This document shows, piece by piece, positions 30,117 to 39,676 of a stretch of 64,000 nucleotides of DNA; position 1 is the first letter of the stretch; every line of letters begins with the position of its first letter. The position numbers and the translations under genes are program-made. This DNA is from an uncultured delta proteobacterium (GTDB taxonomy: Bacteria > Myxococcota > Myxococcia > SLRQ01). Under the pieces are notes generated by a model. It was not told the origin of the DNA, did not search any database, and saw nothing but the letters and a program-made list of their open reading frames with translations. The stretch lies in contig CAVSGM010000001.1 in NCBI GenBank assembly GCA_963727485.1, forward strand, positions 672,001 to 736,000, given 5' to 3'.

Positions 30117-30884
30117 ATGGACTGGACCCACGCCTACTTCGGCGCCGACTACCCGCGCCTCTACCCCGCCCACCTCGACGCGGCGCGCAGCGCCCGGGAG
30201 GCCCTCGCCGCGGCGCAGATCCTCGGGGTCCGCCCCCCGGCCCGCCTCCTCGACGCCGGCTGCGGCTTCGGCCGCCACGCGGTGCCGCTGGCCGAGGCGG
30301 GCTTCGAGGTGGTCGGGGTCGATTGGGCCGATCCCCTGCTCACCCGGGCCCGCCACGCGGCCAGCGCCGCCGGGGTCGGGGCCCGCTGCCGCCTCCTCAA
30401 CCTCGACTTCACCGCCCTGCGTCCGGCGGACCTCGGGGGCCCGGTGGACGGGGCCCTGTCCCTCTTCGCCAGCCTCGGCTACGGCGACGAGGCCGCCGAC
30501 GACCGCCTCCTGGCGGGCCTCTTCGCCTGCCTGGTCCCCGGGGGACGGATGGTCCTCGACCTCAACAACCACGCCCGGGTCGCCTCCCTCGACGGGGTGC
30601 GGACCTGGGCCGAGCACCAGGCCGGCGACGACCGCTGGTTCGTCCTCGAGGCCTACCGCTTCGACCGGGTGACGCGGCGCCTCGAGGGGGAGCGGGTGCT
30701 GGTCGACCCCGGCGGCGGCGAGGTGAAGCGCTTCCCCTTCTCCTTCCGCAGCTACACCCCGGGCGAGGTGCGGGCGAAGGTCCACGACGCGGGCCTGCGG
30801 GTCCTCTCGCTCTTCGGGGGCTTCGACCGGTCGCCCTTCGACGCCTCGAGCGCCCGGCTGGTGGTCCTCGCCGAGCGGCCGTGA
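30117..30884 (+). CDS. Class I SAM-dependent methyltransferase
   Basis: LLDAGCGFGRH, SLGY, LVPGG. Confidence 0.9.
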   Translation: MDWTHAYFGADYPRLYPAHLDAARSAREALAAAQILGVRPPARLLDAGCGFGRHAVPLAEAGFEVVGVDWADPLLTRARHAASAAGVGARCRLLNLDFTALRPADLGGPVDGALSLFASLGYGDEAADDRLLAGLFACLVPGGRMVLDLNNHARVASLDGVRTWAEHQAGDDRWFVLEAYRFDRVTRRLEGERVLVDPGGGEVKRFPFSFRSYTPGEVRAKVHDAGLRVLSLFGGFDRSPFDASSARLVVLAERP

Positions 30885-30926
30885 TCCCGCCCGGGCGGCC
30901 GGCGCGCCCGGGTCCCGCGCCGCCGC

Positions 30927-33431
30927 CTACCCCCGCGCCCGCGCCGGCACCGGCCGGTCCAGGGTCTCGCGCACCCGGCGCAGGAGCTCCGCCTCCCGGA
31001 AGGGCTTGGCCAGCACCGGCACGTCGGGATCGAGGCCGCCGCGCGCCGAGAGGAGGTTCTCGGCGTAGCCGGACATGTAGAGCACCCCCAGGTCGGGCTG
31101 GCGATCCACCAGGCGCCGGGCCAGCTCGGGCCCGGACATCAGGGGCATGATCACGTCGGTGACCAGGAGGTCCACGTGCCCGGGCTCGCGCTCGTGGAGG
31201 AGCAGGGCCTCGCCGGGGCCCGGGGCCTCGAGGACCCGGTAGCCGTTCTCGGCGAGCATCCGGGCCATGAGGCTGCGCAGGGCCGGCTCGTCCTCGACCA
31301 GGAGGAGGAGCTCGCCGGCGCCCCGGGGCCCGGTGTCGAGGTTCGCCGGGGGCCTGGGGGAGGCCCGGTCCTCGGTGGCGGGGAGCAGGACCTCCACCGC
31401 GGTGCCCCGCCCCGGCCGGGAGTCGAGGCGCACCTGGCCCCCGGCCCGGCGCACCACCCCGTAGGCCATGGCCAGGCCCATCCCGCTCCCGGCGCCGACC
31501 TCCTTGGTGGTGAAGAAGGGCTCGAAGGCCCTTGCCGCGACCTCCGGGGCCATCCCCGTCCCCGAGTCGGCGACCCGGAGGCAGGCGTAGGACCCGGGGG
31601 GCAGCCCCCCGGCGGGCCCCCGCCCGGCCTTCACCTCGACCATCGAGGTCCCCACCGTGAGGGTGCCGCCCTCGGGCATGGCGTCCCGGGCGTTGACCGC
31701 CAGGTTGAGGACCACCTGCTCCAGGTGGGTGTAGTCGATGCGCACCCGCTCGAGCGCCGGATCGAGCTGCATCTCCAGCTTCACGTCCTCGCCCAGGGTC
31801 CGGGCGAGGAGCTTTCTCATCTCCTCGATGAGGGCGTTGACGTCGACGGTGTCCGGGTGCTCGGTGTCCCGGCGGGAGAAGAGGAGCAGCTGGCGGGTCA
31901 GCGCCACCCCGCGCTCGGCGGCGCCCTGGATCTCCCGGACCTCGTCGCGGAGGGGGTCGCCCTCGGGGAGGCGCCGACGCATCACCTCGCCGTAGTTGAG
32001 GATGACCGAGAGCAGGTTGTTGAAGTCGTGGGCGATGCCCCCGGCGAGGCGGCCCACGCTCTCCATCCGCCGGGAGAGCTGGAGCTCGCTCTCGAGGTGG
32101 CGGCGCTCGGTGTCGGCCTCGCGGCGGTCGGTGACGTCCTCGCTCACCCCGGCGACCCGGAGGATCTCGCCGTTCTGGCTGCGCACCGGGAACACCCGGT
32201 TGCGCACCCAGCGCCAGGCGCCGTCGGCCCGGCGCATCCGGTACTCGACCTCGGTGTCCCCGGGCATCTTCAGGAGGAGGTCGCGGAGGAGCGGGACGTC
32301 GTCGGGGTGGACGTGGGTGAGGAAGCTCTCCGGGTCCCGGTAGATGGCCTCCCGGGAGAGGCCGAAGAGCTGCTCGAAGGCCGGGCTGATGTAGAGCACC
32401 TCGCCGCCGTCCACGGACACCATCCAGAAGACCTCCCGGATGTTGTCCATGATTTGGCGGAAGCGCAGCCCACTCTCCCGGAGCGCCTCCATGGCGGCGG
32501 CCCGGTCATCGCGGGTGCGCAGGGTCTCGAGGCCGTGGACCATGCCGTCGGCGAGGTCGCAGAGCAGCGCCTCCTCCTCGGGGTCGAAGGCGTCGGGCTC
32601 GGGGGCGTAGATGGCCAGCGCGCCCAGGACCGCGTCGTCGGAGGTGAGGAGGGGCACCGCCAGGGTGGAGCCGAAGCCCCGGCGCCGGGCCTCCTCGCGC
32701 CAGGGGGCGAAGCGCGGGTCGGAGGCGAGGTCCTTGACCGCCACCGGCTCGCGGCTGCGGATGGCGCGGCCCACCGGGCCCTGGCCCCGCTCGCTCTCGT
32801 CCCAGGTGGCCTGCACCGAGTCGACGTAGCCGTGGTCCTCGCCGGCTCGGGCGGCCGGGCGCACCGGGCTGCCCGGGGACGGCTCCGCCAGGCCCACCCA
32901 GGCCAGGCGGTAGCCGCCGAGGTCGACCAGGAGGCGGCAGACCTCGGTGAGGAAGCTCGCCTCGTCGGTGGCCCCGACCAGGGCGCGGTTGGCGGCGCGG
33001 AGCACCCGGAGGGCACGGCCCAGGCGGGCCTGGCGCGCGCGGCTCCGGCGCTCGGCGTCCACGTCCCGGGCCACCAGGAGCCAGGTGGCGGCGGCGCCCA
33101 GGGGCTCGAGGGTCGCCGAGAGCTCCCGGCGACCGCCGCGTCCGTCCCGGAGGGTGAGGATCCCCTGCCACGGGGCGTTGCCCTCGTCGGGGCGGGGGAG
33201 GGCCTCGCCGGCCTCGCCGAGGAGGCTGGCGAGGGGCTGGCCGGTGGTGACCCGGCCCAGGAGGGCGTCGAAGGCGGCGTTGGCCCAGCGGACGTCGCCG
33301 GCGGCGTCCACCAGGGCCACCAGCTCCGACAGGTCCGGCATCGACGCCCGCCAGCGTGGGTCCGGCGAGGCCTCGTCCCCCTCGCCTGGGGCTGCGTGCG
33401 CGATCCCGTCGGGATCGGTCGACTGGCTCAT
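30927..33431 (-). CDS. Hybrid PAS-GAF-PAS histidine kinase with receiver domain
   Basis: AGGIAHDFNNLL, NLAVNARDAM, FEPFFTTK, GSGMGL, LLVTDVIMP, KPF. Confidence 0.93.
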   Translation of the reverse strand: MSQSTDPDGIAHAAPGEGDEASPDPRWRASMPDLSELVALVDAAGDVRWANAAFDALLGRVTTGQPLASLLGEAGEALPRPDEGNAPWQGILTLRDGRGGRRELSATLEPLGAAATWLLVARDVDAERRSRARQARLGRALRVLRAANRALVGATDEASFLTEVCRLLVDLGGYRLAWVGLAEPSPGSPVRPAARAGEDHGYVDSVQATWDESERGQGPVGRAIRSREPVAVKDLASDPRFAPWREEARRRGFGSTLAVPLLTSDDAVLGALAIYAPEPDAFDPEEEALLCDLADGMVHGLETLRTRDDRAAAMEALRESGLRFRQIMDNIREVFWMVSVDGGEVLYISPAFEQLFGLSREAIYRDPESFLTHVHPDDVPLLRDLLLKMPGDTEVEYRMRRADGAWRWVRNRVFPVRSQNGEILRVAGVSEDVTDRREADTERRHLESELQLSRRMESVGRLAGGIAHDFNNLLSVILNYGEVMRRRLPEGDPLRDEVREIQGAAERGVALTRQLLLFSRRDTEHPDTVDVNALIEEMRKLLARTLGEDVKLEMQLDPALERVRIDYTHLEQVVLNLAVNARDAMPEGGTLTVGTSMVEVKAGRGPAGGLPPGSYACLRVADSGTGMAPEVAARAFEPFFTTKEVGAGSGMGLAMAYGVVRRAGGQVRLDSRPGRGTAVEVLLPATEDRASPRPPANLDTGPRGAGELLLLVEDEPALRSLMARMLAENGYRVLEAPGPGEALLLHEREPGHVDLLVTDVIMPLMSGPELARRLVDRQPDLGVLYMSGYAENLLSARGGLDPDVPVLAKPFREAELLRRVRETLDRPVPARARG

Positions 33432-33479
33432 CACCACCCCCGGTCTTCCTCGAGTGTAGGTCACCGCCGGCCGCCGGCG

Positions 33480-34362
33480 CTATCGGCGCCGCCCGGACCC
33501 GGGGCCGGCGAGGCGGCGGAAGGCGGGATTTCCCCGCAGGGGATCCAGGTCCGGATCCTCGGCGGCGAGGCGCCGGAGGCGGTGGGGTGCCAGGGCGAAG
33601 GCCCGGCGGAGCCAGGGGAGGGCCTCGGCGGGGCGGCCCAGGCGCGCCAGGGCGCAGGCGAGGTCGTAGGCGGCGTTGGCGTAGGTGGGGTCGAGGTCGC
33701 GCGGCCGCGGCGAACCGGTCCCGGGCGGTGGCGAAGTCCCGGCGCCGGTGGGCGTCGAGGCCCGCCTCCACCTCGAGGCGGGCGCGGCCCCGGCGCAGGT
33801 CGAGGACGGCGAGGCCCTCGACCTCGATGGCCCCCTGCCGGGCGCGCCAGGGGAGCACCGCCAGCGTCGCCGGGTCGCCAGGTCCGAGGACCACGTCGCC
33901 GAGGGTGACGGCGTCGGCGTCCGGGAGCCGGGCGAGGACCGCGTGGTGCCCGCCCCGGGAGAGGGTCACCCGCCAGCTCCCCCCGCGCCGGGTGGCGCCG
34001 AGGGTGCGCGGCCCGTCGGGCACGGGCAGGGGCCGACCCGCCGGGGCCCGGGGCAGGGGGGTCGTCGCCGGGAGGGCGGTGCGGGAGAGGACGGTGCCGC
34101 GCCGGTCCAGGGTCACCCGCCACACCGACGGCGGGCGCCCGTCGGCCGCGACCCGCTCCACGAGCACCACCCGATCCGCGCCCAGGGAGACCAGCCGCTG
34201 GCGGTGCACCGGCCCCGCGTCCCCCTGGGGGGCGACCACCGGGAGGCCCGGGAGCCGGGGATTGGCCCGCTCGCGCAGCGGCGTGGCGCAGCCGGGGGCG
34301 CCGAGGAGCACCCCGGCGAGGGCCGCGGCGACCGCGGGTCTCACTAGGAATGGCCTGCGCAT
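33480..34362 (-). CDS. Lipoprotein with C-terminal TPR; apparent +1 frameshift at about 33697
   Basis: Lipobox-like APGC; removing one C gives LDPTYANAAYDLACALARLG...EDPDLDPLR, with stop at 33480-33482. Confidence 0.7.
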
Positions 34363-34371
34363 GCCGCTAGA

Positions 34372-35322
34372 ATGCCTCACGAGAAGGGAACTGCGTTGCC
34401 GGACGAAGACGACGACGACAAGACCAGCATCCGGCCCCTGTCGGACCTGCTCAACACCCCCGAGGTCCCGGGCCGGCCGAACCCGTACCTCATCGTGCTC
34501 TCGGGCAAGTCGGTGGGGCGGATGTTCAAGCTGAACCCCGGCGAGGTCCTCATCGGTCGGTCTCCGGACTGCGACCTCATGCTGGACGACGACGGGGTCA
34601 GCCGCAAGCACGCGCGGCTCATCTGCCGCCCGGACGGCACCGTCTCCATCCTCGACCTCGGCTCCACCAACGGGACCTGGGTCGAGGCCGAGCGGATGGA
34701 CCTCCACCGGCTCCAGGACGGCAACCGCATCCAGATTGGGTCGGCGACCATCCTCAAGTACGGCTACCAGGACAGCGTCGAGGAGAAGTTCGTCTCCCAG
34801 CTCTACGAGTCCGCCACCCAGGACGGGCTCACGGGCATCTACAACAAGCGGTTCTTCCTCGACCACCTCAAGCAGGAGCTCGCCTGGCACCAGCGCCACG
34901 GCCACCCCCTCACCCTCATCCTCTTCGACATCGACTTCTTCAAGCGCATCAACGACACCTACGGGCACCAGGCCGGGGACTTCGTCCTCAAGCGCCTGGC
35001 CAAGGTCTGCGGGGGCCAGGTGCGCACCGAGGACATCCTCGCCCGCTACGGCGGCGAGGAGTTCGCGGTCATCCTGCGGCAGACCGAGAGCAAGCAGGCC
35101 ACCGTCCTCGCCGAGCGGATCCGCCGGGCGGTGGAGGGCGCGCGCTTCGACTACAGCGCAGAGAACCGGGTGGTGAGCATCCCGGTGGCCATCTCCGTGG
35201 GCGTCGCCGAGCTCGACCCCACCATGATCGAGCCCGCCGCCCTCATCGAGGCCGCCGACCGGTACCTCTACAAGGCGAAAGAGGGCGGCCGGAACCGGGT
35301 CGAGTCCTCGGCCTTCGACTAG
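34372..35322 (+). CDS. FHA-GGDEF diguanylate cyclase (start may be TTG at 34396)
   Basis: FHA motifs IGR, SRKHA, DLGSTNG; DIDFFKRIND; RTED I-site and GGEEF. Confidence 0.93.
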   Translation: MPHEKGTALPDEDDDDKTSIRPLSDLLNTPEVPGRPNPYLIVLSGKSVGRMFKLNPGEVLIGRSPDCDLMLDDDGVSRKHARLICRPDGTVSILDLGSTNGTWVEAERMDLHRLQDGNRIQIGSATILKYGYQDSVEEKFVSQLYESATQDGLTGIYNKRFFLDHLKQELAWHQRHGHPLTLILFDIDFFKRINDTYGHQAGDFVLKRLAKVCGGQVRTEDILARYGGEEFAVILRQTESKQATVLAERIRRAVEGARFDYSAENRVVSIPVAISVGVAELDPTMIEPAALIEAADRYLYKAKEGGRNRVESSAFD

Positions 35323-37278
35323 CTCCGCCGCCGGCGCCGCCCGAGGGCCACGAGGCCCCCGAGGAGGAGGAAGGCGCCGGTCCCGGCGGAGCCGCCGCGG
35401 GTGCTGCAGCCGCAGCCCGGCGCGCCCCGGCCGCCGCCGGTGCCGCCGTCGCCGAGGGGGCCGCCGTCGCCGAGGGAGCCGCCGTCGCCGCCCGTCTGGC
35501 CGCCATCGCCGGCGCCGCCCTTGCCGCCGTCGGCCACGCCGCCGTCGGCCTGGGGCGGCTGGCAGACGCCCTGCTGGCAGGTGTTCGGCGCGGTGCAGGT
35601 GACGCCCACGCAGCTCGGGTCCACGCAGGTCCCGGTGCCCGGATCGCAGGTGAGGCCTCCGGAGCAGCTCACCCCCTGGCAGTTGGGCACGCAGGCGCCG
35701 GCCTGGGGATCGCACCTCTGGCCCTGGGGGCAGCTCACCCCCGCGCAGACGCCCACGCACTGGCCCTGGGCGTTGCAGGTCTGGCCCGCCGGGCAGGTCA
35801 CCCCGGTGCACGCCGGGGCCACGCAGACCTTGGTGCCGCTCCGGTCGCAGACCTGGCCGGTGGGGCAGCCCACGTCCCCGGCGAAGCAGTCGCAGGGCGG
35901 CTGGCACTGGCCGGCGACGCAGTCCTGGCCGCTGGGGCAGACCACCTGGCCGCAGGGGTCCACGCACTGGCCGCCCTCGCACTTCTGGCCCTGGGGGCAG
36001 GTGACGCCGTCACAGGCGGGCTTGCAGGTGCCGCTGGCGGCGTCGCAGCTCGACCCCGGGGGGCAGGCGGCGCCGGCGGAGCAGTCGGTGGGCACGCACA
36101 GGGGACCCTGGCTGGTGGACTGGCAGCTGGTGCCCTGGGGACAGGAGATGATTCTCGCCGCCCTGGCAGGGGTCCACGCAGCTCTTCTGGTAGCAGAACT
36201 TCCCGGTGGGGCAGCCACCGGCGACGCCGTCGCAGTTCAGGTCCGGGTCGGCGCAGGTCTCCGGGGCGCCGGGGTGGACGTTCGGGTCCTGGTCGTTGCA
36301 GTCGCACACCTTGGGGGCGGCGCTGCAGTTGCAGTCCACGTAGCCGTCGTGGTCGGCGTCGGGGCAGACCGCGGTGCCGCTCTCGGTGAGGCCGGCGACC
36401 GCGTCGAGCTCGGCGTCGAAGGAGTCGTAGTTGCAGGCCGGCAGGTCCTTGCCGTCGTTGCCGGCGATGACCCCCACGTAGCGGAAGCTGATGCCGCAGG
36501 GCAGCGACCAGACGCTGGTGAAGGAGTCGGCCTCGATGGTGTAGTTCAGCCCCGGGTCGGTGCCGCTCCTCACCTTCTTCCACCCCTCGAGGAAGAGCTT
36601 GGAGAGCTTGGCCCGGTTCCACTTGTTGGGGTCGGCGCCGGTGGTGGTGGGGTTGTCGATGATGTCCCGGGAGGCCGGGTTGTTGGTCAGGTAGACCGTG
36701 TACTCCGTCGACTCGCAGGGCTGGGGCCCGTGGTCGTTCACCGGGAAGAGCACCACCTTGTTGGACGGTCCCCCGAGATTGAAGACCAGGCCCTCCCAGG
36801 GCTTGTAGCCCTCCTTGTTGCCGTCGACGACCTGGTCGGACCAAACCGGGCAGGCGCCGTTCATCCCGTGGGCGTCGTGGAGGCGGATCGAGTTGGCGTA
36901 CTTCCAGTCGAGGGCGTCGACGAAGGAGGCGATGGTGGAGAAGGTCCGGTCCTTGTTGACGCAGTTGACCTTGGGGTTGGCCTGGTAGTTGGTCAGGTCG
37001 CCGTTGCAGATGGTGTTGCCCGTGGTGCACCCGGGGAAGGGGTTGATCAGCTTCCCGTAGACCGGGAGCTGGTCGCCGGTGCGGCCCTGGGCGTCCTTGA
37101 ACACCCCGTCGACCACCGTCCCCGGTCCCAGGGCCTGGATCGCCGCCACGCACGCCTGCTCGGTGGCCCCGGTGTCACCGCTGGACTGGTCGCAGACGCC
37201 GGTGGAGGCGTGGGCGGAAAGCGGCAGGCACAGCCCCAGGAGGGCAACGACGACGGCGACGCGGGGCGGGTGACGCAT
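35319..37278 (-). CDS. Cys-rich surface protein with MopE-like metal-binding motif and MYXO-CTERM anchor; apparent +1 frameshift at about 36151
   Basis: Signal peptide; DADHDGY...DCNDQDPNVHPGAPETC...NCDG; many C-x-G-V-x-C-P-x-G-Q-x-C repeats; C-terminal GCGC, TM segment, RRRRR. Confidence 0.85.
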
Positions 37279-37355
37279 GGGAGGACTCCGAGTGGGGGCA
37301 GACCCGTACGATACGCCGATTCTGCGTGTCTTGCCTGCGACGGTCTCGTGTCGCG

Positions 37356-37384
37356 TTGACCCTCCAGTCAATCTTCGCTAACAC
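37356..37384 (+). promoter_or_regulatory. Putative sigma70 promoter of the biotin carboxylase gene
   Basis: TTGACC-N17-TAACAC, 8 nt before ATG 37393. Confidence 0.5.
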
Positions 37385-37392
37385 CCGGGGCC

Positions 37393-38730
37393 ATGTTCGA
37401 CACCGTCCTCATCGCCAACCGCGGCGAGATCGCCTGCCGCCTCGCCGACGTCCTCCGGGAGATGGGCATCCGCACCGTGGGCGTCTACTCGGACGCCGAC
37501 GCCGAGGCGCCCCACGTGAAGAAGGTCGACGAGGCGGTCCACATCGGGCCGTCCCGGGCCGCCGACAGCTACCTCGACGCCGAGAAGATCCTCGCGGCGG
37601 CCCGGCAGACCGGGGCCCAGGCCATCCACCCGGGCTACGGCTTCCTCTCCGAGCGGGCGAGCTTCGCCCGGGCCTGCGCCGAGGCGGGGATCGTGTTCAT
37701 CGGCCCCACCCCCGAGGCCATCGAGGCCATGGGCGACAAGGCCGTGGCCCGGGCCACCGCCAAGGCCGCGGGCTGCCCGGTGGTCCCGGGCACCGAGGGC
37801 ACCGTCGAGGGCGAGGCCGCCCACGCCGCCGCCCGCAAGATCGGCTTCCCCATCCTGGTGAAGGCGTCGGCCGGCGGGGGCGGCATCGGCATGACCGTCG
37901 CCGAGGACGAGGCGGGCCTCGACAAGGCGCTGAAGACCGCGTCGAACCGCGCCCAGGCCTCCTTCGGCGACGGCTCGGTCTACCTCGAGCGCTACTTCGC
38001 CCGGCCCCGGCACATCGAGGTCCAGGTCCTCGGCGATGGGAAGGACACCTACCTCCACCTCTTCGAGCGCGAGTGCTCCATCCAGCGCCGGCACCAGAAG
38101 GTCATCGAGGAGGCCCCCAGCCCCCTCTTCGACGGGGACACCACCATGGCCGAGGCCATGTACCGGGACGCGCTGGCCGTGGCCCGGGCGGTGGGCTACG
38201 TGGGCGCCGGGACCGTGGAGATGCTGGTCGCCGATGGCGCCTACCACTTCATCGAGATGAACACCCGGCTCCAGGTGGAGCACCCGGTCACCGAGCTGAC
38301 CTGCGGGGTGAACCTCATCGCCTGGCAGCTGCGCATCGCCGCCGGCGAGGCCCTCGACCTGAAGCAGGAGGGCATCCGGCGCGAAGGCCACGCCCTGGAG
38401 CTGCGGATCTACGCCGAGGATCCGGACAAGAAGTTCTTCCCCTCGCCGGGGACGCTCACCCGCTTCGAGGTCCCCACCGGCGAGGGCGTCCGGGTCGACG
38501 CCGGGGTCGAGACCGGCTATACGGTGACCCCGTTCTACGACCCGATGATCGCCAAGCTCATCGTCCAGGGGAAGGATCGCGCCGAGGCCATCTCGCGTGC
38601 CCGGGCGGCCCTCGACGCCTTCCACGTCGAGGGGATCAAGTGCAACATCCCCGCCCTCGCCCGCATCCTCGACACCGACGCCTTCCACCGCGGCGAGCTC
38701 TCCACGCGCTTCATCGAAGAGCACCTCTAG
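37393..38730 (+). CDS. accC: Acetyl/acyl-CoA carboxylase, biotin carboxylase subunit
   Basis: LIANRGEIA, HPGYGFLSE, GGGGIGM, RECSIQRRHQK, EMNTRLQVEHP. Confidence 0.92.
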   Translation: MFDTVLIANRGEIACRLADVLREMGIRTVGVYSDADAEAPHVKKVDEAVHIGPSRAADSYLDAEKILAAARQTGAQAIHPGYGFLSERASFARACAEAGIVFIGPTPEAIEAMGDKAVARATAKAAGCPVVPGTEGTVEGEAAHAAARKIGFPILVKASAGGGGIGMTVAEDEAGLDKALKTASNRAQASFGDGSVYLERYFARPRHIEVQVLGDGKDTYLHLFERECSIQRRHQKVIEEAPSPLFDGDTTMAEAMYRDALAVARAVGYVGAGTVEMLVADGAYHFIEMNTRLQVEHPVTELTCGVNLIAWQLRIAAGEALDLKQEGIRREGHALELRIYAEDPDKKFFPSPGTLTRFEVPTGEGVRVDAGVETGYTVTPFYDPMIAKLIVQGKDRAEAISRARAALDAFHVEGIKCNIPALARILDTDAFHRGELSTRFIEEHL

Positions 38731-38747
38731 CCCCCGGAGACCCCCAC

Positions 38748-38963
38748 ATGGCGACCGACGTCGAGGCCCACATCACCGGCACCGTCTGGAAGATCGAGAA
38801 GCAGGTTGGCGACGAGGTCGCCGAGGGCGACATCATCGTCATCCTCGAGTCCATGAAGATGGAGATGCCCGTCGAGGCCCCCGAGGACGGCAAGATCGCC
38901 GCCATCAAGGTCGAGGAGGGGCAGGCGGTGAACGAGGGCGACGTGGTCGCCGTCCTCGAGTAG
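38748..38963 (+). CDS. accB: Stand-alone biotin carboxyl carrier protein
   Basis: 71 aa with LESMKMEMPV biotinylation motif; GGAG RBS. Confidence 0.9.
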   Translation: MATDVEAHITGTVWKIEKQVGDEVAEGDIIVILESMKMEMPVEAPEDGKIAAIKVEEGQAVNEGDVVAVLE

Positions 38964-39012
38964 CGCCGCCGGTGATGCGCGCCGCCGCCGGAACCGCGCC
39001 GGGGGGGCTCGC

Positions 39013-39663
39013 CTAGAACCCCTCGAAGAGCTCGGTGAGGGGCACGCCGAGGGCGGTGGCGATCTTGTGGAGCGAGCTCACCGAGGCGGAGCTCTCGGCC
39101 CGCTCGATCTGCGAGATGAGGCTCACCGAGAGCCCGCAGCGTCGCGCCACCTGCCGCAGGGTGAGGTTGTGGCCGTTGCGCAGGGCCCGGACCTTCTTGC
39201 CCACGGCCTGGAGCAGGGCGGCCTCGGCGTCGACCACCAGGCCCTTCTGGGCCAGCACCCGGCGCACCGCGGTCTTGAGGGCGTCGACCCGCACCGGCTT
39301 GGTCAGGTAGTCCGAGGCCTGGTGCTGGAGGCTGGTGACGGCAGTGTCCACCGAGGGGTAGCCGGTGAAGACGATGACCGCCACGTCGTCGTCCTGGCGG
39401 CGGATCTCCTGGAGCACCGCGGTGCCGTCCATCCCCGGCATCATGATGTCGAGGATCACCAGGTGGAAGTCGCTCCCCTTGAAGGTCTCGAGGGCGGTCA
39501 GCGGCTCGACGGCGGTGACCACCTCGTAGCCCTCCTTCTCCAGGAGCATGGAGAGGTACTCGCAGACGTCCGGCTCGTCGTCGACGACGAGGATGCGGAT
39601 GGCGGACCCGCGACGGGGCCGGGGGACGGGAGGGGTTCGGGTCACGTCGGGCGAGGTCTGCAC
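39013..39663 (-). CDS. Response regulator with XRE-type HTH (DigR-like architecture)
   Basis: ILVVDDE, LDIMMPG, KP; C-terminal LTLRQVARRCGLSVSLISQIER. Confidence 0.88.
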   Translation of the reverse strand: MQTSPDVTRTPPVPRPRRGSAIRILVVDDEPDVCEYLSMLLEKEGYEVVTAVEPLTALETFKGSDFHLVILDIMMPGMDGTAVLQEIRRQDDDVAVIVFTGYPSVDTAVTSLQHQASDYLTKPVRVDALKTAVRRVLAQKGLVVDAEAALLQAVGKKVRALRNGHNLTLRQVARRCGLSVSLISQIERAESSASVSSLHKIATALGVPLTELFEGF

Positions 39664-39676
39664 GCGGCCTCCGGGG

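Noticed and set aside
12149..35982. Very long alternative ORFs (for example 12149-15769+, and the extensions of 21511-26022-, 22750-25995+ and 32506-35982-)
   Set aside because: These are antisense or off-frame shadows of real genes, typical of high-GC DNA. The true starts lie inside them.
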